Shown piece after piece: positions 24,150 through 33,226 of a stretch of DNA of 39,180 nucleotides. The stretch is taken from the NCBI GenBank assembly GCA_018830585.1, contig JAHJSD010000078.1, forward strand, positions 1 to 39,180, read 5' to 3'. Every line of letters starts with the position of its first letter. The stretch's first letter is position 1. The stretch comes from Patescibacteria group bacterium (GTDB lineage Bacteria; Patescibacteriota; Microgenomatia; UBA12405; JAHJSD01). The notes under the pieces are model-generated. The model ran no database searches, was not told the origin of the DNA, and saw only the letters and a program-made list of their open reading frames with translations. The translations under genes and the position numbers were made by a program.

Positions 24150-24262
24150 TATCTTTTCCACAGACGCTGGTTTTCGAAAATATCGTGAGGATGATGGGGA
24201 GTAATTAATTTTTTCGGGTTTTCACCTAAAATTTCGATTTTATCTTTCGGATAAAGCAATCC
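24150..24262 (-). pseudogene. orphan 3' fragment of a DUF362 gene (last ~36 codons plus stop)
   Basis: 24154-24258 is 97/105 identical, ungapped, to 28911-29015. The minus-strand frame reads LLYPKDKIEILGENPKKLITPHHPHDIFENQRLWKR-stop, against SLYPKDKIEILGENPKKLTTPYRPHDTFENQRLWKK-stop in the intact gene. Confidence 0.85.
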
Positions 24263-24363
24263 TGAGCTTGCTGTGTCCTTCCATAGCCATAGGAGCTTCA
24301 ATTTACCCTAATTGTTCGATAAAAACTTGACAAAAACACTCCCATATTATAGGATCAGTCAAG

Positions 24364-27300
24364 ATGTTAAAAGATCAGGACTCTTCAGGTCCAAGAGCGC
24401 TGACGGTGTGTTCTCGCTGGTCAGTAGTTCCATCTGCTGATTCAGCAACTTTCTCCCCCGAGGGTCAGGTAAAACAGTTGTTGGCTCGGGTAAAAGACCG
24501 TTTGGATAGAGGGGGGTCTGCCCGGAGAGGAACGACAGGGCCGTCTGGTCAGATTAGAACTATTGTAACGAGCAAACATCCTGGACCAAAAAGACTTGTT
24601 TGGCTTCCTGGCCCTCTTTCTGGATCAGCCGGGTCGTTAATTAAACCAGCCATGCTTCTTTCCGGGCCTTTAGAGGCGGTCAGATTACCGATTGAATCAC
24701 CAACAGGAGTTGGTAAGAGAAACACAGTAGCAGTCAGCGGACCGGTGAACCCAGTAGAAATGACAAGGGTGTTTCGTTCCTCAATAGGAACAGTAGAAAC
24801 AATTCAGTCTGAAAAGGCCGGCGATAGACAAAAAGGGCCAACAGGAATTTTGTCTGAACTGTTGGGAACAAGAAGGGGCGAAAAGAACGCGGGAGGAGAA
24901 GTAAAAGCTCCGACGCCGAAAACCAAATCAAGACAGACCAGGACAACAGAAAGAAGACCGCAAACAGTTTCTTTAACACATCAGCCAGCTCCTCTTTCAG
25001 AGACTCTTTTTGGAGGGTTATCTGATCTGCCAAGAATGTTATCTCTCGATCCTGTTTCAGTTAGCCCTGTTCCCAGTCCCAGTAAGGATTGTCCGATTTC
25101 ACCCAGAGCCGCTTCGGAAGGGTTAGTCAGAGTTGAGCAACCAGAAATAATCAGACCAAGAAGAGCAGTAAAAGGAGTAAGAGGGCAATCTTCTGGAAAC
25201 GGAAACAAAAGGGTAGAAGGAAAACCTGTTAGTTTAGTTCTGTCCCAATCATCAGGAGAACAACCAGGACAAAGAGCTGTTGCCCCGGTTGAACAAGTAA
25301 GACTTTTTAGACAACAAGTCGGGCCAACTATCACTATCCCGGAAAAACCAGAACTCTTTTTACGGGTGGTACAGAAAGCACAGGGAGAACAGAAAAAACC
25401 AGGTCTTTTGCGGAGAGTATCAGAGATAGCTGACCGAGTTTTAAATCCAGATTTCCGGTCAGAAGATACGCGGGAAGCTATGGCAAGAAGGAGAGGGGGA
25501 GCGTCTGTTGTTAATAGGCGGGGTTTTATAAGAAGAATAGGGACTGCTGTTGGAGCGGCAATGCTTGCCGCTTGCGTTCCGAAAACAGAAAAAGTGATAG
25601 GAAACCAACCACTATCAACAGCTGTTCCAGCAGGAACTCCCCGGTCGGTAGAAACTCCCCGGCCAATAGGAACACCTAAAGTTGATGTAAGAAATGATAT
25701 CCCTGTTGTGGTTGAAAAAACAGAAGCGGCGAGAAAACCTGTTACCCCTGTGCAGGTAGAGAAGACGGCAATTCCTACATCCACTCCAGCGAATCCGGAA
25801 ACTGACAAACCGCCTACCCACCAAGAACGCGTAAGTAGAGTGATAGACTTGATGTTAGATAGTGGTGAAGCAAAGCGAGTTCCAATATCAGAACTGAAAA
25901 AAATGGGGGCGGGTGTTGAAAGAAGAGAGCCGGATTTGCCTGAAAAATTAAGGCAAGCCAATAGCTTTTTGGGGAATTTTGGTATTCATTTAGAGTCAAC
26001 CCATTGGGATTTGCTGAATTTGGTTGAGCAAAGATACCAGGAATGGTTAGACGACCCCCGTTCCTTGAAAATTGATCCGACAAAAGAAGAAATAGACGCG
26101 CTTTGTCAGCAAGTTGCCGGAGAAACCGGTCTTCCATCGGAGGCTTTTGACGAACTGCTCCACCTTATCGGTTGGCGGGAGAGCGGTCTTAGGGGTAAAA
26201 AAGCAAAAGACGGCCACGGCGATATTTTTCGGGATGTGCTTGACGGTATTACTAACCCTTTTGTTTATGCCGCTATAGATTCGAACGAGGATGGCCTAAT
26301 TTCTCCTGATGAAGAACGTTACTGGGCTGTTTTTTTACCCAAAAGAGAAACCTCTCTTCCGCTCAAAGAACTTGATGAAAATTACCAGAGAGTGGCCGCG
26401 TTTAAGGTTTCTCGAGTGGATCCAAAAACAGGCCGGGAAGATGCACGGCTTCTAGGAGAAAGAATTTTGCCGGTACCAGGAAGTTTCATTGTCAACGATG
26501 CCCGCGCAAACCTCCTTTTTGGTATGGCCATCGCTCTTGACAGCATCATTCGTATTGCCGCAGATATGAATAATAACGAGGGGTCCTACAAGCAGGTTTA
26601 TGATTACCTTTTACGCGAACAACCTGAGTATCTTTTTGATAGATTTACAAAAGGTCAAAGAGAAAGCCTGAAAGCAGGAGGGAAAAGCTTATTAGATGGT
26701 CGATCATTATTTTTTGCTATGGTTTTTGCTAACTTTCATTACGGCCGAAGACAATTTGAAAGAAATATTCTTTATGGAAGCAGTGCTCGTCAGGTTTTAA
26801 GCTTGCCTGGTGATAATTTCAACAAAAGGTCGTGGTTTAAGGGCGTGACGGCGGAGACCAGCTGGGGCGATGCTCTTAAATTGGCAGTCTGGTCTTTAGC
26901 TGATCCTCAGTGGAAGCAGGCTCGCTATATTGGCCCCGGTTATTTACCGGGAACAAAAGACGATCGGTTTTATTATAATGTTGGCCCGGAAAAGCGGGAA
27001 AGACTGTCTAGAATAGCTGAAGGAAGGGTAGAATTAGCTGATCTTGAGGATGGTGAAACTCCTTTTTGGTTTTGGCAAGAAAATGCGGATCTTTTCTACC
27101 AATATCTGTTTAGAAATACTGATTCGTCAGAACCAGCCTTAGCAAAAAGGATCGCGGCAAGTAAAAGTTTTTTTAGAGAGGTTTTTAGGGAAAGTATCGT
27201 TCTCAAGCAAGATTCTTTACATTTCCCTTGGTACGGCATGGGTTCTGTCGAAAGAAGACTGTCTGTTTTTGATCAGTCAATTGGTATTATTTTGGACGGT

Positions 27301-28800
27301 CTGCAGACAGTTCCAAAAACAGACCAGGAAAGGAAATTATATATCAACGCTCTTTTCGGTTTTTCCAAAAACGCTGAAATCAGCTCTGCTGGTTTAGATA
27401 CCGATTTGGCGGTAGCCCGTTTTGATCAGGTTTACCACAAACTGGGTCAATTACAGGAACTTCATTCAACAATCCCTTCTGATCTGGTAAAGGCCGTAAG
27501 GTCTGGAAAGATACTTGACCTTGACAATTTGGTTTTGGGTTCGAAAGAAGGGTCTTTGGGAAGGATAAAGTTGGCGGAAAAATACGCAGAGATTGTTTTT
27601 AAAGGAAGAGACTTGGAATACCAACGCTTGCTTATAGAAAGAATTAAAAGTTTTGTCAGAGAGACAGGAGAAACTTATTTTAGGGACTTGGATCCGTCTG
27701 AAAAGGCGCTTTTGACATCTATGGCTCAAAATTATTTTCATTGGGATCGAAATACTTCACTTTTTAACTCGCCGGTTGAAAACGGTGTTAACGTGGTGGC
27801 TAACGGACTGATGTATCGTCTTTATGATGATCTCTTTTCTGTAACAGGCGAAAATTTTCACTCTGCTAAAATTACTGAAACTGTTTTGGCTCGGTTTTCT
27901 CGCGGCAGAAAAATTTTGGCAGAAATGACCGCTTTGGCAGAAACAAAAGTAGCAATAGAAAAAATGAGCAGTGGTCTAAATGGAGATCAGTTGCTTCGGT
28001 TTTTTCCTCCTGTCAGCTTTGAAATCTCGGCGGATTTTGAACTTGACCAACTTGCCGCTATGGTGGTGACAAAAGAAAGAGTCTCTATTAAAGATGTGGC
28101 TGATGATAAAAAAGATCAGGAAGGAAGTAGAGTGATGCTTTTACACCGCTCTTTAGCCGCTTTGCAGGTACTTTCCAGCTTGGAGAAAAAATTTCCGGAT
28201 CGAAAACTTTTTTTTGAAGAAGCAAGAAGAGAAATCTTGGAACAGGCAGTTCTTTTAACAGATATTGATTATCATTTCCCGCTCCATCTGGGAGGGAGTA
28301 GTATTTTTAACAAAAGGCACTTTTATTCTCCCAGGGGTGACTATCACAGGATTTCTGACAGATTATTTTTTTGGACTCACCCTTTATTAATCCCCGCTTA
28401 TTTGGCTGATCAACCGCCTAAACATTTTGATATAGAAACTGCCTGGCGAATTTGTGAAAAATACCAGAGCTATGCTGATGGGTCAGTTTATGCAGGTTTT
28501 TGGGAAAAGCATGAGGATTTGGTCAACGAATCTTTCAATGCAATGCTTTTAGATTCTGACAAGTTCCCGCAGGCTATGACTCCTCGTATTAGGAGGGAAG
28601 AGGAGAAAGTAATAAGGAGCCTAAAAGGAGGACAAGACCTTGACGTTTCTGAAGGAGACTATCTCCTTTTAAAAGTATATTATCTCCTTTATAAAATGAG
28701 ACTGAATCCATACGATGATAGTCATTTATCTAGGTTTGCCCTTTGGTTCAGAAAGAAGAGAATTAGTAGGGGTTGGGGAAGGGAAAGCCTGACCCGATAA
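24364..28800 (+). CDS. 1478-aa ORFan: low-complexity N-terminal region, internal Tat-like/lipobox hydrophobic segment, ~1070-aa C-terminal domain of unknown function
   Basis: Uninterrupted 4.4-kb frame. N-terminal internal repeat PVEMTRVFRSSIGTVETI / PVEQVRLFRQQVGPTITI is conserved at protein level but not DNA level. NRRGFIRRIGTAVGAAMLAAC at residues ~383-403. No catalytic motif recognised in the C-terminal part. Confidence 0.75.
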   Translation: MLKDQDSSGPRALTVCSRWSVVPSADSATFSPEGQVKQLLARVKDRLDRGGSARRGTTGPSGQIRTIVTSKHPGPKRLVWLPGPLSGSAGSLIKPAMLLSGPLEAVRLPIESPTGVGKRNTVAVSGPVNPVEMTRVFRSSIGTVETIQSEKAGDRQKGPTGILSELLGTRRGEKNAGGEVKAPTPKTKSRQTRTTERRPQTVSLTHQPAPLSETLFGGLSDLPRMLSLDPVSVSPVPSPSKDCPISPRAASEGLVRVEQPEIIRPRRAVKGVRGQSSGNGNKRVEGKPVSLVLSQSSGEQPGQRAVAPVEQVRLFRQQVGPTITIPEKPELFLRVVQKAQGEQKKPGLLRRVSEIADRVLNPDFRSEDTREAMARRRGGASVVNRRGFIRRIGTAVGAAMLAACVPKTEKVIGNQPLSTAVPAGTPRSVETPRPIGTPKVDVRNDIPVVVEKTEAARKPVTPVQVEKTAIPTSTPANPETDKPPTHQERVSRVIDLMLDSGEAKRVPISELKKMGAGVERREPDLPEKLRQANSFLGNFGIHLESTHWDLLNLVEQRYQEWLDDPRSLKIDPTKEEIDALCQQVAGETGLPSEAFDELLHLIGWRESGLRGKKAKDGHGDIFRDVLDGITNPFVYAAIDSNEDGLISPDEERYWAVFLPKRETSLPLKELDENYQRVAAFKVSRVDPKTGREDARLLGERILPVPGSFIVNDARANLLFGMAIALDSIIRIAADMNNNEGSYKQVYDYLLREQPEYLFDRFTKGQRESLKAGGKSLLDGRSLFFAMVFANFHYGRRQFERNILYGSSARQVLSLPGDNFNKRSWFKGVTAETSWGDALKLAVWSLADPQWKQARYIGPGYLPGTKDDRFYYNVGPEKRERLSRIAEGRVELADLEDGETPFWFWQENADLFYQYLFRNTDSSEPALAKRIAASKSFFREVFRESIVLKQDSLHFPWYGMGSVERRLSVFDQSIGIILDGLQTVPKTDQERKLYINALFGFSKNAEISSAGLDTDLAVARFDQVYHKLGQLQELHSTIPSDLVKAVRSGKILDLDNLVLGSKEGSLGRIKLAEKYAEIVFKGRDLEYQRLLIERIKSFVRETGETYFRDLDPSEKALLTSMAQNYFHWDRNTSLFNSPVENGVNVVANGLMYRLYDDLFSVTGENFHSAKITETVLARFSRGRKILAEMTALAETKVAIEKMSSGLNGDQLLRFFPPVSFEISADFELDQLAAMVVTKERVSIKDVADDKKDQEGSRVMLLHRSLAALQVLSSLEKKFPDRKLFFEEARREILEQAVLLTDIDYHFPLHLGGSSIFNKRHFYSPRGDYHRISDRLFFWTHPLLIPAYLADQPPKHFDIETAWRICEKYQSYADGSVYAGFWEKHEDLVNESFNAMLLDSDKFPQAMTPRIRREEEKVIRSLKGGQDLDVSEGDYLLLKVYYLLYKMRLNPYDDSHLSRFALWFRKKRISRGWGRESLTR

Positions 28801-28906
28801 AGTCCTACCAATTTCCACCAACTCGGAGGTGGTTTGTTGACACTTCGGTAGTAACTCGTTTCCGGTACCCTACCTGTTTCACTTCGGGCATAAGCCCGTG
28901 TGTATT

Positions 28907-29791
28907 TCACTTTTTCCACAGACGCTGGTTTTCGAAAGTATCGTGAGGACGGTAGGGGGTAGTTAATTTTTTCGGGTTTTCACCTAAAATTTCAATTTTA
29001 TCTTTCGGATAAAGCGAGCCTAAACCTTCTTTTTTGATCAGGTTCAGATAGCCGATATCCTCGATTTTAAACCCCATCAGGTAGGAGGCCAGAGAGTCGG
29101 CGGCAAGAGGATCCAAAGAGGCAATTGCCCAACCGGAGTTGATTGGGGTGCCGTTACAGGGACCGTTTCCTTGCATACCGATAGTACCATCAATAATTGC
29201 CAGATTGGGAAAGGTGTGTTTGGCGATTTCGGCCAAAATCCAATGGATGTTTTTGCCTTGATGAACCTTTCCCCGGTTGCCGAAAAGTTTTTGTTGGATT
29301 GCCCCCATCAAAAGGTTTTTAATTGCCAGAGTTGTTACCACTGCATCGTGAGTTTTCGCTCGGCAGATAGAAACAATAAAAGGCGATTGAGTATAAATTT
29401 TTGCCAGAGGGAGGATTACTTTGCCATTGGGATATTTTATGGTCACTTTTTCGGTAAGACTTTTGGCGGAATCCAATAATTTAACTTGCGGATTTTTAGC
29501 CAATTCTAAAAAACCAAACCGGTTGAAACCTCCGTCGCTGTTGCCTAAAGTAGCCTCTTCAGCGATGATAATTTCGCCTTGATGAAACTTCTCAATTGAG
29601 TAGACGAATGCTTTTACCGCTTCGAACGGAGTGGCGGATAGTTCCGTATAAGTGGAAACGAAATTAACTTTTACCACTATCCGGTCAACTTTTGCCAATT
29701 TCTCTTTCAAATTTGGCATAATTGCTTTCAGAGCTCTTTGGACTCCGGAATAAGAGCTTAGACTTTTGGCCAAAGATACTTGAGACGGCAT
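28907..29791 (-). CDS. DUF362 domain-containing protein
   Basis: 294 aa. VKVNFVS, ICRAKTHDAVVTTLAIKNLLMG and IIDGTIGMQGNGP match the DUF362 pattern as I recall it. Confidence 0.8.
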   Translation of the reverse strand: MPSQVSLAKSLSSYSGVQRALKAIMPNLKEKLAKVDRIVVKVNFVSTYTELSATPFEAVKAFVYSIEKFHQGEIIIAEEATLGNSDGGFNRFGFLELAKNPQVKLLDSAKSLTEKVTIKYPNGKVILPLAKIYTQSPFIVSICRAKTHDAVVTTLAIKNLLMGAIQQKLFGNRGKVHQGKNIHWILAEIAKHTFPNLAIIDGTIGMQGNGPCNGTPINSGWAIASLDPLAADSLASYLMGFKIEDIGYLNLIKKEGLGSLYPKDKIEILGENPKKLTTPYRPHDTFENQRLWKK

Positions 29792-29898
29792 AGTTGAGAA
29801 CTACTATAACATATCATTCCTAAAACCCGCCTTCCCCGGTGATCTAACTCTTGGACTATTGCCAAAGGACAGCTTTTTGGGGTTTAATAAAGGTAATT

Positions 29899-32466
29899 AT
29901 GGTTAACCCGGCTTCCTGGAGCAGACCGACAGAACTTCTCTTGAAAGAGCTTGGTACTTCCGCCGACGGTCTGAAGAAGATCGAGGCTAAAAAACGGCTG
30001 GAAAAAGACGGTTTGAACGAGATCAGACAAGAATCTTCGCGTCCGGTTTTAAGGATTTTATGGTTACAGCTTCAAAACTGGCTGATAATAATCCTCTTTT
30101 TAGCCGCGGCAGTTTCTTATTTTTTGGGTGAACATCTTGAGGGAGGGGTAATCACCAGCCTGGTGCTTTTAAGCGTGTTTTTTGGTTTTTTCCAGGAATA
30201 TCGCGCCGAAAAGGCTTTGGAGAAGTTAAGAAAATATATCAGCCACAAGATAAGAGTAAAAAGAGACGGCCAGTGGCAGACTTTGGAAAACAAAGAATTG
30301 GTCGTGGGAGATTTGGTGGAATTAAGGATCGGGGATATTGTCCCGGCCGATATCCGACTGATTTCTTTGGACGGATTGGCCGTTAACGAATCGGTTTTAA
30401 CCGGCGAATCCGAGCCGGTGGTCAAGGATCTGAAAACCGTCAGCAAAAAGCGCAGCCAGCCTCAAGACTTAAAAAATATGGTTTTTATGGGAACTTCGGT
30501 TTCTTTAGGCTTGGCAACCGGGGTGGTGACGGCGGTGGCTAAAGACACTTTTTTTGGAAAAACAGCCAAGCTCTTGTCTGCTATCCCCAGAGAGACCGAT
30601 TTTCAAAAACAGATAAAAAATTTCGGCTCTTTTCTTTTCAAGGTTACTGTGATTATGACCACCTTCGTATTTTTGGCCAACGCTTTTTTGGAAAAAGGAA
30701 TCTTCGAATCGCTCCTTTTTGCTGTTGCCTTGGCGGTAGGAATTGCTCCGGAGATGCTGCCGGCGGTAATTACGGTAACTTTGTCTCAAGGCGCTTTAAA
30801 AATGGCCCGCCAAAAAGTAATCGTCAAAAGGTTAGCTTCCGTTGAGGATCTGGGAAATGTAGACACTTTGTGTACCGATAAGACGGGCACGTTGACCGAA
30901 GGCAAATTTTCTCTTGCCGGTTTTAAAAACGTTAACGGTGATGATTTGGATCAGGAGTCGCTCAGGTTAGCCTTGCTTTGTACCGGTGGTTTTAACCATC
31001 AGCGTAAAGTGGTTCCGACTAATGCCACCGACAAAGCTCTTTGGGAAAGTGGAATAGCCGGAAAACTTAAAAAAAGCTTGGCAAGCTATCGGGTTTTAGA
31101 TGAAAACGAATTTGATTTTGAGCGGAAGCGGATGAGTGTTTTGGTCGCTAAAAAGGAGCGGTCTGAAAATTATTGCTTGGTTGTCAAGGGAGCTCCGGAA
31201 TCTGTTTTGGCGGCAGTTTCCGAAGTTATAGTTAAGGGCGAATCAGTTTTGATCAAAAAACAGAAAAGAGAGGAAATTGCAAAACAGTTGGCCGGCTATG
31301 AAAGTTTGGGTTACCGGGTGATTGCTTTGGCTCGGAAAAAAATGAAAGAGGCCGATTCTGTGATCAAAGACGAGAACAATCTTACTCTTTTAGGGTTTTT
31401 GCTTTTCAGTGATCCGGTTAAGGCTTCGGCGGCCAAGTCTTTGGAATTATTCCAAAAGTTAGGGGTAAAAATTAAAATTATCAGCGGCGACAGCATCGGT
31501 ATAACCAAGAGCATTGCCGTCAAAGTCGGCTTGATCGGCCAGACGGAAAAAATAATCAGCGGAGAAGACTTAGCCCGGCTTCATGATAGGGATTTTGATC
31601 AATGCGTGAATCAATGCCGTGTTTTTGCCAGGGTTACTCCGGAGCAGAAGTATAAGATTGTTGCTTCATTGAACCGGGAAGGACATATCGTCGGTTTTTT
31701 GGGTGACGGAATCAATGATGCTCCGGCTTTAAAGGCGGCTGATGTAGGTATTGCCGTTGATACCGGGGCGGCGATTTCTAAAGAAGCGGCGGATATTATT
31801 TTGTTGAAAAAAGATCTGCAGATTTTAGCCGAAGGAATTGGAGCGGGGAGAAAAACGTTCGGCAATATTATGAAATATATTTTAAATACCATCAGCGCCA
31901 ATTACGGCAATATGTTTACCGTCTCCGCCTCATCTCTATTTTTAAAATTTATCCCGCTTTTGCCTTCGCAGATACTTTTAAACAACTTTATCAGTGATAT
32001 CCCTCTTTTGGCAATTGCTACCGACAATGTTGATGGTGAATTTGTTAAAAAACCGAAACGGTGGAATATCCGGCTGATCGGGATGTTCATGCTTTACTTC
32101 GGCCTGATCAGTTCGTTTTTTGATTTTGTTTTGATTTTGTTTTTGCTTCTTTTTTGGAAGGTCGGCCCCGGTGTTTTCAGGACAGCTTGGTTTATTGAGT
32201 CCTCGCTTTCGGAAATAATGGTTACTTTTTCGATCCGGACCAAGTTGCTGTTCTTCCGAAGCAAACCGAGCCGATGGCTGATCGTTCTTAGTTTCTTTTC
32301 CAGCTTGCTGGTGGTTTTAATGCCTTTTCTGGCTTTCGGCAGAGAGGTTTTTGAGTTCAGTCTTTTGCCGGTATCGGTTTGGATTTGGATTGCTTTGGTA
32401 GTGGTCTCTTATTTCATCGTTACCGAAATGGTTAAACATAAATTTTTCGCTAAGTTTGAGTTTTAG
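29899..32466 (+). CDS. mgtA: magnesium-importing P-type ATPase (MgtA-like)
   Basis: TGES, DKTGTLT, GDGINDAPALK, and the MgtA-type TM segment QILLNNFISDIPLLAIATDNVDGEFVKKPKRW. The track start 29851 is a TTG; ATG 29899 (MVNPASW) is preferred. Confidence 0.85.
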   Translation: MVNPASWSRPTELLLKELGTSADGLKKIEAKKRLEKDGLNEIRQESSRPVLRILWLQLQNWLIIILFLAAAVSYFLGEHLEGGVITSLVLLSVFFGFFQEYRAEKALEKLRKYISHKIRVKRDGQWQTLENKELVVGDLVELRIGDIVPADIRLISLDGLAVNESVLTGESEPVVKDLKTVSKKRSQPQDLKNMVFMGTSVSLGLATGVVTAVAKDTFFGKTAKLLSAIPRETDFQKQIKNFGSFLFKVTVIMTTFVFLANAFLEKGIFESLLFAVALAVGIAPEMLPAVITVTLSQGALKMARQKVIVKRLASVEDLGNVDTLCTDKTGTLTEGKFSLAGFKNVNGDDLDQESLRLALLCTGGFNHQRKVVPTNATDKALWESGIAGKLKKSLASYRVLDENEFDFERKRMSVLVAKKERSENYCLVVKGAPESVLAAVSEVIVKGESVLIKKQKREEIAKQLAGYESLGYRVIALARKKMKEADSVIKDENNLTLLGFLLFSDPVKASAAKSLELFQKLGVKIKIISGDSIGITKSIAVKVGLIGQTEKIISGEDLARLHDRDFDQCVNQCRVFARVTPEQKYKIVASLNREGHIVGFLGDGINDAPALKAADVGIAVDTGAAISKEAADIILLKKDLQILAEGIGAGRKTFGNIMKYILNTISANYGNMFTVSASSLFLKFIPLLPSQILLNNFISDIPLLAIATDNVDGEFVKKPKRWNIRLIGMFMLYFGLISSFFDFVLILFLLLFWKVGPGVFRTAWFIESSLSEIMVTFSIRTKLLFFRSKPSRWLIVLSFFSSLLVVLMPFLAFGREVFEFSLLPVSVWIWIALVVVSYFIVTEMVKHKFFAKFEF

Positions 32467-33160
32467 TCCGTCGAAAGCGAAAATCCCGAAGGGATCCCTT
32501 TGGGATTCTAAGGCCCCTGTATCCTTCTGTAGCCCTGCCGGCAGGCAGGGATTCCTGTCTCGTAAGGCTTGCTCAGAGTGATAGAAGGGAAATAGGCGCT
32601 GGCGCTGGATTCCTCTTTCTGCCGGAGGCAGAAATTCGGAATGACGGAAGAAGGAGGCGCTTCGCTGCCTGTCTTGTCCACCACGGGCGGGCCTGCCTGC
32701 TCGCCTCGCTGAGCGGTCGAAGCGGGCCGGTAGGCGTAACCAGCCCTCGGCTTTCCCACTGCAGTGGAGTCGCTCAGAATGGCTTTCTTGACTCGTCATC
32801 CTGAGTGTAGCGAAGGATCCCCTTTTCGATGGCAAGTTGTCGAAGATTAGGGGCCTCGTACCACCACAGGGTACAGGGAAAATTCTTCTCCCGACGTAAC
32901 GTCTGGGCGATGACGAAGGACCCCTCTCTGGAACAACCTCGTCATCCTGAGGAATTCTGATGACGAAGAATCCCCGCCCGCATCGCCTGACGGCTTCAGC
33001 GTCTGGCGGGCGCGGCCCTTGTCTAAGCAAGTTGCTGGTATATGAGGGGGGGATTCTTCCCCGCCAGCAACTGCGTAGCTTTGGGCGGGTCAGAATGACG
33101 GGAAACGAGAGGATTCTTCGAGATTAGAATAACAAGAGAGTCCGCCTTCGCTTTGACCTT
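32467..33160. repeat. cluster of GC-rich nested palindromic repeat modules (partly the inverted counterpart of 401-715 and 16561-17387)
   Basis: Module copy of 9532-9572 at 32467-32507. CTGCCGGCAGGCAGG at 32535-32549. 32890-32952 is the reverse complement of about 613-673. 32962-33018 is the inverted GGGCCGCGCCCGCCA...CTTCGTC unit. 33051-33105 is the inverse of 16606-16660. Track ORFs 32317-33030-, 32508-32759- and 33023-33247- are repeat translations. Confidence 0.85.
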
Positions 33161-33226
33161 TGAACGGTACTTGTTTTTCAGGTGTGTCATCTGTTGGTTA
33201 GCCCCTGACATGCTATCATTAGCTTG

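Noticed and set aside
24981-25961. 326-aa antisense ORF opposite the N-terminal region of the giant gene, plus smaller antisense ORFs at 24734-25033, 25615-25824 and 25814-26137.
   Set aside because: The sense frame is part of an uninterrupted 4.4-kb ORF and shows protein-level repeat conservation. The antisense frame is open because of the purine-rich, stop-poor composition of this segment, and its product is low-complexity.
24154-29015. Diversity-generating retroelement (template/variable repeat) as an explanation for the 105-bp repeat pair.
   Set aside because: The 8 mismatches are mostly transitions in both directions (A/G, G/A, T/C), not adenine-specific substitutions. No reverse transcriptase is in the window, and the repeat is the 3' end of a DUF362 gene, not a C-type lectin or Ig-like variable region.
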